A stretch of DNA of 64,000 nt. It comes from a phage. The notes under the pieces were generated by a model. That model ran no database searches, was not told the origin of the DNA, and saw only the letters and a list, made by a program, of their open reading frames with translations. Made by a program: the position numbers and the translations under genes. The DNA is taken from the sequence record NC_100371.1. One strand, written 5' to 3'. The stretch's first letter is position 1; every line of letters begins with the position of its first letter. Below are positions 39,524-47,903 of this stretch, piece after piece.

Positions 39524-40504
39524 TTATTTATTGGATTCTTTACGTGCGCGAGCCAGAGCTTTAGCGACGTTTTCAGCAATAATGTCTTCAGCAGATTTAG
39601 CAATGTCGTCCACCACGACATCACCATCTTTACCTTGCTCTGTGGTTGCGAACTCTTCTTTAGCTTTTTCAACTTTAGCTTCCAGTTCAGCAATACGAGC
39701 TTGAGCTTTTTCCAGCAATTCAACAACAGGGGCGTTAGCTTTATCCAGCATGAATTCGACCAGAGATGCGTGGTCTTCTTCAGTGGTGAAGCTTAACGCC
39801 TGAGCTTTTTCCAGCATTTTAGCTTTTTCAACTTCTACCTGAGCCTTGATGATTTCTTCAGCTTTTTCATTGGTAGCTTTCAGTTCTTCGAACTGTTTCA
39901 GCAGGTCCAGGTACTCTTGAGACTTGGTTACGTCTTCCACCGGATTCTCCTCGGTATTTGCGGATTTATCAACATTGTCCACAGCGTCTGTAACAACTTC
40001 TTCTGTGGTTTCCTGTGCCGCTTTAATAAGTTTCCCTTCTTCATCGAAGAGATCAGCGGTCATCTGCTCAAAAACTTGTTGGGTTTTCAGCAGAGTGTAT
40101 TGGTCAACAATACTTAAATCTTTACCTTCTTTAGCAGCTTTGTGAATGGTTACGTTATCACAACGTTCTTCTAACCACTGCACACAAGCCTCTGCATCAG
40201 CCTGTGCCCACTCCCAATCTGGGTGTTCTTTTGCCCAAGCTTCTTCCTCAATCTCGAACCCAAGCAGGTGAGCCAGTGCCTTAGCATCGTCATACCACAT
40301 ATCGAAAAAACGACGCAGGTATTCTTCAAAGCTAAGTTCAACAGTAACTTGGCGAAGAGCCTTAACGATATCCTCTGTTAACTGCTCAGGCTTAAGATCG
40401 CTCTTCATTAAAAGAGATACAGGTCTGTTGTTAGCGCTATAACCTTGCGCCTTATGGCACAGGGCAATCCCCTTCTCTTTAATAGTGATTGTTTTTTCAG
40501 ACAT
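39524..40504 (-). CDS. capsid scaffolding protein (326 aa)
   Basis: Highly acidic, heptad-rich Glu/Lys/Ala C-terminal half (ELEAKVEKAKEEF...); position between portal-side genes and capsid gene. Confidence 0.55.
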   Translation of the reverse strand: MSEKTITIKEKGIALCHKAQGYSANNRPVSLLMKSDLKPEQLTEDIVKALRQVTVELSFEEYLRRFFDMWYDDAKALAHLLGFEIEEEAWAKEHPDWEWAQADAEACVQWLEERCDNVTIHKAAKEGKDLSIVDQYTLLKTQQVFEQMTADLFDEEGKLIKAAQETTEEVVTDAVDNVDKSANTEENPVEDVTKSQEYLDLLKQFEELKATNEKAEEIIKAQVEVEKAKMLEKAQALSFTTEEDHASLVEFMLDKANAPVVELLEKAQARIAELEAKVEKAKEEFATTEQGKDGDVVVDDIAKSAEDIIAENVAKALARARKESNK

Positions 40505-40923
40505 TATTCATTGCCCTCTTCTACAACACTGATCCCGAAATTTACGTTGGTAATTTCGCCCGTCTCTTCATCAACATTGCCTGTTGCCTGAATGCTTAGG
40601 CCACCAACAATGCCAGCCTTCTTAGCTTCCCATAATTCAGGATTATTGTATTTAACTTTAGCAACCCAAGAGCCAGCCTTGATGACCTGCTCAGTACCAA
40701 TTACTACAACATCAAACTCTTCTTGAATCCACGTCTTTTCAATAGTGAAAGCATCTGTAGAGGTCAAGTGGAAAAGGTTTTCAGAAACTAGGCCTGCGGC
40801 GTATGCTGCGTCCCAATTATCTTTAGCCTTTTTGATGGTGTCTTTACTCATCCACTCACCGTGAGCGTCTTTAGTGTCCGGTTCGTAGATGATTTCGTAG
40901 GAAATCATTTCTTCCTGTGGCAT
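40504..40923 (-). CDS. head morphogenesis protein, possible prohead protease (start uncertain)
   Basis: ORF track start at 41076 overlaps portal; internal ATGs at 40935/40923/40905 have better RBS (GGGGA, AGGAAG). No protease motif seen. Confidence 0.3.
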   Translation of the reverse strand: MPQEEMISYEIIYEPDTKDAHGEWMSKDTIKKAKDNWDAAYAAGLVSENLFHLTSTDAFTIEKTWIQEEFDVVVIGTEQVIKAGSWVAKVKYNNPELWEAKKAGIVGGLSIQATGNVDEETGEITNVNFGISVVEEGNE

Positions 40924-40990
40924 CTTATTCCCCATGTGGATTATTTTATCACGCCAAAGGAGGTTTTGCAACCCCCTGTGTTGATAATTT

Positions 40991-42547
40991 TTAATTTTCC
41001 ATGTTGGATATGGAATTATCTCTGGTTGATGACATCTTAGAAGTGCCGTTGCCAGTGGATCCTGCAGCCATTCCATCGCCAGCTCTACTGATGTCCTGGC
41101 CCAAGAGCTTCATTAGCTCTTCCTGATCCATGTCCTCGTCAAATCTTTCATCAAACCCACCTACTTCAAGAATCTTATTAATTACTGCAGGAGTTTTTGG
41201 CAAGTAACCTACAGCACCGATCCTCTGGACAAACTTGGAGAAGCTCTCCATGTCCACCTCTTCAATCAGGCCAGGTTTCAGTTTAGGCATATCATCATCT
41301 TCAAGGATGATACCATTCAATGCCAGAAGCTGTGGAATAAGATCTTTATTGAAGGCCTCAGTGATAATATCTATATCACGCTGAACAAAATGACCATGGA
41401 TAGACTGTTTTGACTCAGACAGAGAGAAGGATCCAACGTTATCGTTACCGAGGTTAATAAAGCCAGCACCGAAACGGTCAAGAATCGCCTTCTTACGGGC
41501 ATCAATCAAATCTTTAGTGGAATACTGCTTACCCATACCGTCAACCCCCTTCAGGGTCATGGAGTAAAGCTCTTTACCAGACTTATCTCTATCAGACGGA
41601 AGTATAAAGAAACTTTGCTCCCCACTATGGGCGTTTGCTGCGTCCAACATAAGATCTGCAACCATTCTCCCTTCCATCGAATTCGGGTCAATGCTGGCCT
41701 TGTTCAAAATATTGGAAGGAATTTTCAGCTCAAGCACACCACCAAGGTCTTTGGAGCAGCCAACAACCTCAAGGTTTTCAATCAAAACTTTCTCACGGAA
41801 AGATCTGTAGCAACCTATCATCGGTGACACACCTGCAGGATTAGATTCTGTTCCTGACAGAGTCATGAGCATAAGCTTTTTAGCAGGGATGAAAATTTCA
41901 GGCTCATTAAAGCCTTTTGAAGGCATTGCAGCGAGAGGTCCAGCCCAGCGTGCATTCTGAGTGTTTAGAAATGCATTAGGTGACTGATAAATACCTGTCA
42001 GTGTTCTGCTATTCTTGTCAAAGACAAACGGCTCTGATCTGGACAAACTGGCCTGTGGTCGGAATGCAATTTTATCAATAAGAAGCATCCCGGCATATTT
42101 ACCTTCTTTCTCTCTGCGGTATACTTTCTCAAACAGTGAAAAACCATACTCGTTAAAGGTAGCTGCGCTTCTTGCAATATCTCGAAGAGTTTGTTGGTTT
42201 GCCAAATTACGCAAAGAATACTCTATAAGCTCGGCGGCTTTCTTAGAGTCTTCACTTTTAACATTATAAAGGATCTTAAAATCATTGAATGCTTTCGTGA
42301 TGAAAACATATTTTGTATCTAAGGCAGTAGCAACTGTGGAATCACATTTCATAGTCTCCACTGTGGCAATCAGCTGAGGCCAACGCAATTCCTCAACCAT
42401 CATAGATTGTGATTCTGCCATAATTTGGGAAAGTGCGCCAGAACCGATCTCACTCATACGAACATTATGAGTTGGTGCGCCTGCGTTCCCAGATTTATTC
42501 ACAGTTTTGGCTGTGGCGTTGTGTTTCCTGCGGTTCTTTTTGGACAC
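40991..42547 (-). CDS. portal protein (518 aa, GTG start)
   Basis: Large ORF immediately downstream of terminase large subunit; GAGGGG RBS 9 nt upstream of GTG. Confidence 0.55.
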   Translation of the reverse strand: MSKKNRRKHNATAKTVNKSGNAGAPTHNVRMSEIGSGALSQIMAESQSMMVEELRWPQLIATVETMKCDSTVATALDTKYVFITKAFNDFKILYNVKSEDSKKAAELIEYSLRNLANQQTLRDIARSAATFNEYGFSLFEKVYRREKEGKYAGMLLIDKIAFRPQASLSRSEPFVFDKNSRTLTGIYQSPNAFLNTQNARWAGPLAAMPSKGFNEPEIFIPAKKLMLMTLSGTESNPAGVSPMIGCYRSFREKVLIENLEVVGCSKDLGGVLELKIPSNILNKASIDPNSMEGRMVADLMLDAANAHSGEQSFFILPSDRDKSGKELYSMTLKGVDGMGKQYSTKDLIDARKKAILDRFGAGFINLGNDNVGSFSLSESKQSIHGHFVQRDIDIITEAFNKDLIPQLLALNGIILEDDDMPKLKPGLIEEVDMESFSKFVQRIGAVGYLPKTPAVINKILEVGGFDERFDEDMDQEELMKLLGQDISRAGDGMAAGSTGNGTSKMSSTRDNSISNMEN

Positions 42548-42564
42548 AAGCTTTACCCCTCAAA

Positions 42565-42599
42565 ACAGTATAACAAAATAGCCCTCGTGTCAGAGGGCT
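42565..42599 (-). terminator. hairpin between terL and portal gene (terminator/attenuator-like)
   Basis: AGCCCUC-UGACAC-GAGGGCU on minus strand followed by AUUUUGUUAUACUGUUUUG. Confidence 0.4.
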
Positions 42600-42649
42600 A
42601 GTATCTCCGATTACTCTATTCTACCACATCTAATTAAGATTGGCAACAC

Positions 42650-43741
42650 TTAGATAAAACGCTTGAACATAGAAGGTGATGAGATTGATGGAATCACACA
42701 AGGCAGCGCTACCTCCTCTTTCTCCAGGAAATTAATCGCAGAAGCTACACAGTCGGCCCAGTCGTCTTTTCTGTTAAATGTTGATCTTTCCCCGTTGAAC
42801 TTTTCAAGTTCAGTCAGAAATGCTTCCAGAGTGTCAGGATGGAAACTGGATTTTACAATCCTCACCATTCCTTGTTGGGCAAGATTGGCAAAAGGTGAGA
42901 ACCTTGTCAGTTTAGATTTGTTGGAAGGCATTGGATCTTCTTCAACCCTGAACCCTTCGGCGAGCAAGGATCTGGACGAGGTTAAGAATTCACTCTTACC
43001 TGCCTGACCGGGGTCCACAGAAAATACGATTATGCAATCATCTCCATCAAACTGCGCCTGTTTCCTGATGATCACATCTCGTTCCCCAGCCTTTTTACAG
43101 AACTTACCTTCCAGACCTGTGGAATACCTACCGTCATCCACGTTCTCAGGACAATAATCTCCGGACAGGTAATAAAAGCCGTCGCTATCTTTACTTACCT
43201 TAACACTGGCGGTAAAGTCAGGAAATTTATTACCGGAAGTTCTCTCGGTTCCTGCTTTATCCCATGCCCTGCAAGATACTGATCCAAGAGGTACTCTATC
43301 GGCATCACGAAGGAAAGATCTTTGGAAATAGTTTGCACCCTCAGGTTTGGCAAACCAGTTGCCATGAAGAAGCTGGGCTTTTTCAAGCTCTGGCAGACCT
43401 TCAAGGAAAGCAAGGTATTCTGGGTTGTCTCTCAAGCAGACAGGGTTATCGAAAATTGTTGCTCCTATAAACGAGAATGACAACGGTCTTGGCTTGATCT
43501 CCACACCCAGTCCGTTAACCGTGGTGTATTTCTCTATTAACTCTTCTTTAGAGTCTCCCCAAATAAATTCACCGTCGCGTCGGATAAAATATCTTTTCTT
43601 ACCACATTTCTCCGGATCTGGATACCCTTCATCGTCCAACCACCACCTGACCAGTTTGGCAAGCATGTGTTCTGAGTCGGGGTTACAACTGATAACCATT
43701 CTTGATGGATACTTTGACTGAGATCGCAGACGAGACATCAA
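42650..43741 (-). CDS. terL: terminase large subunit, exon 2 (C-terminal part; 5' boundary approximate)
   Basis: Begins near SRMVISCNPD (motif III-like) and continues through a nuclease-type region; reading frame is open upstream into the intron, exact 3' splice site not determined. Confidence 0.65.
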   Translation of the reverse strand: MMSRLRSQSKYPSRMVISCNPDSEHMLAKLVRWWLDDEGYPDPEKCGKKRYFIRRDGEFIWGDSKEELIEKYTTVNGLGVEIKPRPLSFSFIGATIFDNPVCLRDNPEYLAFLEGLPELEKAQLLHGNWFAKPEGANYFQRSFLRDADRVPLGSVSCRAWDKAGTERTSGNKFPDFTASVKVSKDSDGFYYLSGDYCPENVDDGRYSTGLEGKFCKKAGERDVIIRKQAQFDGDDCIIVFSVDPGQAGKSEFLTSSRSLLAEGFRVEEDPMPSNKSKLTRFSPFANLAQQGMVRIVKSSFHPDTLEAFLTELEKFNGERSTFNRKDDWADCVASAINFLEKEEVALPCVIPSISSPSMFKRFI

Positions 43742-44654
43742 ATAGTCTATCTGCTCCCATTCGAATTGCGTCGTTTATGTTCGGGCAAGGTCGCTAGTCT
43801 TGCCCCGCCATTTTCAGGCAGCTGCATGTCTCCATGCAGACCAGACTATATCTTATGAATGTGCAAATACTCTGCTGCTCTAAGAATGGTTTCCTCATCC
43901 TCTTGGAAGAAACCTAAAGCTCTGTTGCATTTATCACAAAGCAACCCTCTTACAGCACCAGTTTTATGGTCATGATCAACACAAAAGAAATCTCTGTACC
44001 CTTGCGTCCTATACTCATCAAGAGATATTCTACAAATGGCACACTTATGATCTTGATCTGAGAGTAAGCGATAGTATTCATCTTTTGTTATGTGAAATTT
44101 CTTCTCAATCTGATAAAACTTTTCACACATCTTACACCTGTTCGTAACCAGATACACTTTACCATAGTCACGTTTTGTGTAAAAACTATCAGCAAGCATA
44201 CTTTCATGACAAGATTTACATTCAAAAAGCTCACCTTTCTTCAGTAAGTCTTGAATAAAAGATGCTGCATCATCTCTCTTAACCATATTTTTGTTTCTAC
44301 GAGATCCATTCTTCCTGTAGTACATATAGCATTCCTTGCATGTACCGGAGTATCCATCCTTGCTCTTAGATGATAAAAAGAAATCATCAAGAGGTAGAAC
44401 TCTTTGGCAATCCATACATTTTTTAGTATTACACATTCACCCTCCCGTTTCGAATCGCTTGATTCTACGTCTTTCGACTAGTCGTTGAACGTTCATCCTT
44501 TCGGATGCTTCGCTGCGGATTATCTAAATTAACACACTGTTACCATACCTTCGATCTCTCTTCGAAGCCTCTATCATGTTACCATGACAGGTTGGTGGTG
44601 TCAATAATAAAGATTTCCCCGCAATTAGGGAGGTTTTACGAGAGCTACAAATTA
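43742..44654 (-). mobile_element. group I intron (td-like) in terL, carrying HNH homing endonuclease ORF
   Basis: Minus strand begins UAAUUUGU... right after exon codon GGU (in-frame UAA); contains P-like AAUUGCGGGGAAA, Q-like AAUCCGCAGC, R-like GUUCAACGACUAGUC and S-like AAGAUAUAGUCU in canonical order. Confidence 0.7.
43846..44436 (-). CDS. HNH homing endonuclease (intron-encoded, 196 aa)
   Basis: Own GGGAGGG RBS; several CxxC zinc-finger pairs and HNH/EndoVII-type motif CVDHDHKTGAVRGLLCDKCNRALG; stop codon UAG lies inside the S element. Confidence 0.7.
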   Translation of the reverse strand: MCNTKKCMDCQRVLPLDDFFLSSKSKDGYSGTCKECYMYYRKNGSRRNKNMVKRDDAASFIQDLLKKGELFECKSCHESMLADSFYTKRDYGKVYLVTNRCKMCEKFYQIEKKFHITKDEYYRLLSDQDHKCAICRISLDEYRTQGYRDFFCVDHDHKTGAVRGLLCDKCNRALGFFQEDEETILRAAEYLHIHKI

Positions 44655-45080
44655 ACCCTCATCGAAGCAAACCATGGTGTACTCAAGTCCTTGATGGTTA
44701 AGCTTATCTTGGACATACTCCATGTGGCAGTATTTTACAACAGCTCCTTTTTTGCTCCTGTCCCACTTGCCAGTGCTCGGATCAAACCGTGGAAAAATAA
44801 ACTTATGATCCTTCTCTCTGAACTTTGGTTTAATGTTTTCAGGCAGATCACTGTAAATAGCTACTGCTTTAGGCCATAGCCCACCCTCACCTTCCAACTG
44901 TGGAGTTGTTCTTCGGAACATAACCACAGAGCTGTGTGGGTCATCAATAATTTTAAGCGGCATCAACTGCAGGAGGAACGACTTACCTGACCCAGCCGCA
45001 CCACCAATGACAAGAATGTCTGCATCGTTTTCCAGGATCATCTTCTGCTTTTCAGAACACGGTCCGTAAATCTTAGACAT
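44652..45080 (-). CDS. terL: terminase large subunit, exon 1 (N-terminal ATPase part)
   Basis: Walker A ILVIGGAAGSGKSF and Walker B MVCFDEG; ORF ends at TAA directly after DEG, which I read as the first intron codon. Confidence 0.7.
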   Translation of the reverse strand: MSKIYGPCSEKQKMILENDADILVIGGAAGSGKSFLLQLMPLKIIDDPHSSVVMFRRTTPQLEGEGGLWPKAVAIYSDLPENIKPKFREKDHKFIFPRFDPSTGKWDRSKKGAVVKYCHMEYVQDKLNHQGLEYTMVCFDEG

Positions 45081-45367
45081 TAACCTCTCTCCTTTGGAAA
45101 CAGTGTTCTAATATAGTCTTGCAAAATGATCAATTTAGCCCTATCATTACTGCAAGACAGGTTATTATCCCTCATAATGCCAGAATTCACCGCATCAGGC
45201 GCACCTTTCTTTAAAGGTATAGCTTTAGCAGGAGGCTTCATAGCACCCTCGGGAGGTTTAACAATCAACCTTCCTACATCCGGAGGGTCAATCTTGTATT
45301 CTCTCTCAACGCTGGTTGCACACCCACACAATAACAAGCACAAAACAACCAGTGCAGTAACTCTCAT
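45080..45367 (-). CDS. o-spanin-like outer-membrane lipoprotein (95 aa)
   Basis: Signal peptide with Cys-containing lipobox-like LLLCGC; Pro-rich (PPDVGRLIVKPPEGAMKPPAKAIP); overlaps i-spanin stop by 4 nt. Confidence 0.5.
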   Translation of the reverse strand: MRVTALVVLCLLLCGCATSVEREYKIDPPDVGRLIVKPPEGAMKPPAKAIPLKKGAPDAVNSGIMRDNNLSCSNDRAKLIILQDYIRTLFPKERG

Positions 45368-45762
45368 CGAACCTCCTGATTGATACTCTCATTATAAATA
45401 TCTATTAGCTGATCAGGAAGTGTTGACTTCTTACCTTCAGGAGATTGGAGGTAGATAATCTGCTTTTCTTTGCCTGCCTTCTCAGCCATATTTAATTTAT
45501 CCTGTAGATCAGAAAGAGATTTTTCAAGGTTTTTAACCTCCTCTGCGTGGCCCATTTTAATTTTGTCGGCCTGCTTTTGTTGTTGGTCAAGGATCCGTTC
45601 CCACTTTAACTCTGTTGCTGACACACCTTCTTGATAAGCATCATTGAGCTTAGAGTTAAACCAATACACGGCCCCAAGATAAGCCATACCTATAGCCGCT
45701 GCAAAAACTAAACCTTTTATGATCCCTCTGTGTTTACTCATCAATGTTAAAACTGAAATCAT
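45364..45762 (-). CDS. i-spanin-like protein (132 aa)
   Basis: N-terminal TM helix (GIIKGLVFAAAIGMAYLGAVYWF) followed by coiled-coil region; GGAG RBS. Confidence 0.5.
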   Translation of the reverse strand: MISVLTLMSKHRGIIKGLVFAAAIGMAYLGAVYWFNSKLNDAYQEGVSATELKWERILDQQQKQADKIKMGHAEEVKNLEKSLSDLQDKLNMAEKAGKEKQIIYLQSPEGKKSTLPDQLIDIYNESINQEVR

Positions 45763-45781
45763 TTTTAAGGCTCCAGAAACG

Positions 45782-45812
45782 AAAAAACCCCGCAGCTATA
45801 CAGCTAACGGGG
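45782..45812 (-). terminator. intrinsic terminator (minus strand) downstream of tRNA cluster
   Basis: CCCCG...CGGGG stem with inner AGCU/AGCU pairing followed by UUUUUUCG on minus strand. Confidence 0.55.
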
Positions 45813-45868
45813 CGGGTTAAAATTGAGTAACCTAAATAGATCGAAACTAACTAAAAGGAGACTAATAC

Positions 45869-46138
45869 TTATCGAGGCACTCGGTGGATGATTCTGACAG
45901 TAACCGCATTCTCATTCATCAAGTAAGCATCCACATCTCTGTAAATATAAAACTTCTGCTCGCTATCAACAACACAAGCTACTGCCCCTTCAGAGTTGTC
46001 TTCAAAGAAGACCACAACTGCATCGCAGCTTAGTTCATGATACGACTCTCGAAGATTTACAGCAAGAGGGTTGAAATCGTCACGAAGATCTAAAGTATGG
46101 GTTGGATTTACACGTTCTACAATTTTAAGTGTATACAT
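45869..46138 (-). CDS. hypothetical protein (89 aa)
   Basis: ORF between tRNA cluster and terminator. Confidence 0.35.
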   Translation of the reverse strand: MYTLKIVERVNPTHTLDLRDDFNPLAVNLRESYHELSCDAVVVFFEDNSEGAVACVVDSEQKFYIYRDVDAYLMNENAVTVRIIHRVPR

Positions 46139-46184
46139 TTTAAAGGTTCCTTTTGTGTGTATATATTTAAAGTATAACTAAAGG

Positions 46185-46261
46185 TGGTCTCCACGGAGTG
46201 ATTCGAACACTCGACCTCCTGATCCCAAATCAGGCGCTCTACCAAGCTGAGCTACGCGGAG
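46185..46261 (-). tRNA. tRNA-Pro (anticodon UGG)
   Basis: Manual fold: acceptor CUCCGCG/CGUGGAG, anticodon arm CCUGA-UUUGGGA-UCAGG, T-arm GAGUG-UUCGAAU-CACUC, encoded CCA. Confidence 0.75.
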
Positions 46262-46272
46262 TATTTATTATT

Positions 46273-46347
46273 TGGTGGCCCTGGGTGGAATTGAACCACC
46301 GTCTGGCGATTATGAGTCGCTTGCTTGAACCTTCCAGCTACAGGGCC
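46273..46347 (-). tRNA. tRNA-Met (anticodon CAU; could be Ile-lysidine type)
   Basis: Manual fold: acceptor GGCCCUG/CAGGGCC, anticodon loop CUCAUAA, T-arm GGUGG-UUCAAUU-CCACC, CCA. Confidence 0.7.
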
Positions 46348-46348
46348 A

Positions 46349-46424
46349 TGGTGCTGATGGCAGGACTTGAACCTGCAACCTATTGATTACAAATCAATTG
46401 CACTGCCAATTGTGCTACATCAGC
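46349..46424 (-). tRNA. tRNA-Thr (anticodon UGU)
   Basis: Manual fold: acceptor GCUGAUG/CAUCAGC, anticodon arm AUUGA-UUUGUAA-UCAAU, T-loop UUCAAGU, CCA. Confidence 0.7.
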
Positions 46425-46430
46425 AAAAGG

Positions 46431-46527
46431 TGCTAGGTGATGGAATCGAACCATCTATGTATTCAACGACTACCTCGTCTATTTTCAGGATTAAAAATCC
46501 TCGCCCTTGCCAAAGGGCTTACCTAGC
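46431..46527 (-). tRNA. atypical tRNA-like gene (97 nt; Lys-like UUUUUAA loop; identity unresolved)
   Basis: Perfect 7-bp acceptor GCUAGGU/ACCUAGC, D-arm GCCC-UUUGGCAA-GGGC, T-arm GAUGG-UUCGAUU-CCAUC, but 46 nt between D- and T-arms; no encoded CCA. Confidence 0.4.
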
Positions 46528-46625
46528 TCAGCATGTTGACCATGTTGCTAGTCGGCGATGACGACTGTAACATTTGATAATCCGGTTCTGCTTCCGGCTT
46601 TCGCTTAATTACAAGGTCAACAATA

Positions 46626-46716
46626 TGGCAGAGGATAATGGAATCGAACCATCATCGAGTCATCCTCAACGGGACGGTTTTCAAGACCGCTTGAGCACCA
46701 TTGCTCCCTACCCTCT
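46626..46716 (-). tRNA. tRNA-Ser (anticodon UGA), class II
   Basis: Manual fold: acceptor AGAGGGU/AUCCUCU, anticodon arm GCGGU-CUUGAAA-ACCGU, long variable arm, T-loop UUCGAUU, CCA. Confidence 0.7.
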
Positions 46717-46830
46717 TTTATAAACAATACTGATAATGACACTGATTTTCGAGCAGTTAGTGACTAGTATAAACGACGATAAATATCAATGCCATTATCT
46801 GTATGATTTATGCATTTAAAAATATAAATT

Positions 46831-46918
46831 TGGTGGTGAGTGATGGAGTCGAACCACCCGAATCGCAATGATAACAGATTTACAGTCTGCCCCGCTACCC
46901 CTACGGAATTAACTCACC
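46831..46918 (-). tRNA. tRNA-Tyr (anticodon GUA), class II
   Basis: Manual fold: acceptor GGUGAGU/ACUCACC, anticodon arm GCAGA-CUGUAAA-UCUGU, long variable arm, T-loop UUCGACU, CCA. Confidence 0.7.
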
Positions 46919-47048
46919 TAAATACTAATATTTAAATTCTTTTTAAAATAGCTAGTGTTCTAACCACTAACTATGAGGTATCGGTAAAGTGGTTACCGCC
47001 ACTTGCCGAAGATTTACTCTGCTAAAGTAAGCTACATTAAAAAGAACT

Positions 47049-47123
47049 TGGCACCCCGTACTGGACTCGAACCAGTGTCAACGGCTTAGAAGGCCGCTGC
47101 TTTATCCACTAAGCTAACAGGGC
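47049..47123 (-). tRNA. tRNA-Arg (anticodon UCU)
   Basis: Manual fold: acceptor GCCCUGU/ACGGGGU (two G-U pairs), anticodon arm GCGGC-CUUCUAA-GCCGU, T-arm ACUGG-UUCGAGU-CCAGU, CCA. Confidence 0.65.
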
Positions 47124-47181
47124 ACTGGGTGGCTTTCTTTTACACCTGAGCCGCCAGAAAAGGTGGGAGACCATGTTTATA

Positions 47182-47210
47182 ATATTACACTGTTAGGCAA
47201 AGTTTGTCAA
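47182..47210 (-). promoter_or_regulatory. sigma70-like promoter for tRNA cluster (minus strand)
   Basis: Minus strand TTGACA, 17 nt spacer, TAATAT, about 55 nt upstream of tRNA-Arg 5' end. Confidence 0.5.
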
Positions 47211-47219
47211 GAAAATATT

Positions 47220-47558
47220 TTAACTATTGCCAACAGGCTGTATTTCTGTGGTAAATGGCATAAAAGGTGCTGGTTTTTCAGCCTCTTCCACTACCACCTC
47301 TTCCTCTTCACCAAACATCTCATCATATTCTTCCTGCATTCTGTCTGCCTTATCAAGAACATACTCTGCAATGCTTTGACGAATATTTTGTTTGGTTTTC
47401 GGGTCCAACATCAGCTCTCTTAAAACTTTGTGAGCTTCTGGAACCATCGCTATAAAAGATTCCTTCATATCAAGAATGTTCTTCTCTAGCTGAATGGCGT
47501 TGGACTCCTCTTTCAGAGGTCTGCCTCTACGGCGACGCTTTTTAGTTGTATCCGCCAT
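47220..47558 (-). CDS. hypothetical basic/acidic DNA-binding-like protein (113 aa from internal ATG)
   Basis: Protein starts MADTTKKRRRRGRPLK (AT-hook-like RGRP) and ends with acidic EEEEVVVEEAE; ORF track start at 47678 likely too far upstream. Confidence 0.35.
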   Translation of the reverse strand: MADTTKKRRRRGRPLKEESNAIQLEKNILDMKESFIAMVPEAHKVLRELMLDPKTKQNIRQSIAEYVLDKADRMQEEYDEMFGEEEEVVVEEAEKPAPFMPFTTEIQPVGNS

Positions 47559-47903
47559 GTTTCCTCCATTATCACGTGATAGGTGGATTTTATCACGGCA
47601 AATACTGATTGTCAAGTTCGCCGCAGGGTGGTATTCCCTGCGACTTGCCCAGCGTCCTGGACCAGCAAGACCCAACAAGTGGGTTACCAGATACCCATTA
47701 CCGCGCTCTGGCTCGACCTTATTACAGGTTGGCTGGGGTCACATCGTCATGTGCTGGCTGCCCCTACCATTTTAAGTGTGGTGCACTATCAAGCCCTCTA
47801 AGGGGAACTCAGCCTTCTCCGAACCCTGTTTCAAAGCATCCGGAGATAAAGCCATCAAACTCATCTTTAAATTGGATATTCATCATGATACACGAAAACA
47901 ACC

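Noticed and set aside
39502-39726. 74-aa Lys/Leu-rich ORF inside the scaffold gene
   Set aside because: Alternative frame of the scaffold coding sequence with low-complexity translation; no RBS context.
42650-45080. terL as a pseudogene, or as two independently translated terminase halves
   Set aside because: The intervening sequence has group I intron core elements in order and an in-frame stop at the 5' splice site typical of phage introns; intron interruption explains the split better. It remains unproven without RNA data.
46198-46561. Plus-strand ORFs 46198..46386 and 46367..46561
   Set aside because: They overlap well-folded minus-strand tRNA genes; spurious.
47163-47423. Plus-strand ORF overlapping the tRNA promoter region
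   Set aside because: Antisense to 47220..47558 and overlaps the minus-strand promoter; no RBS; spurious.
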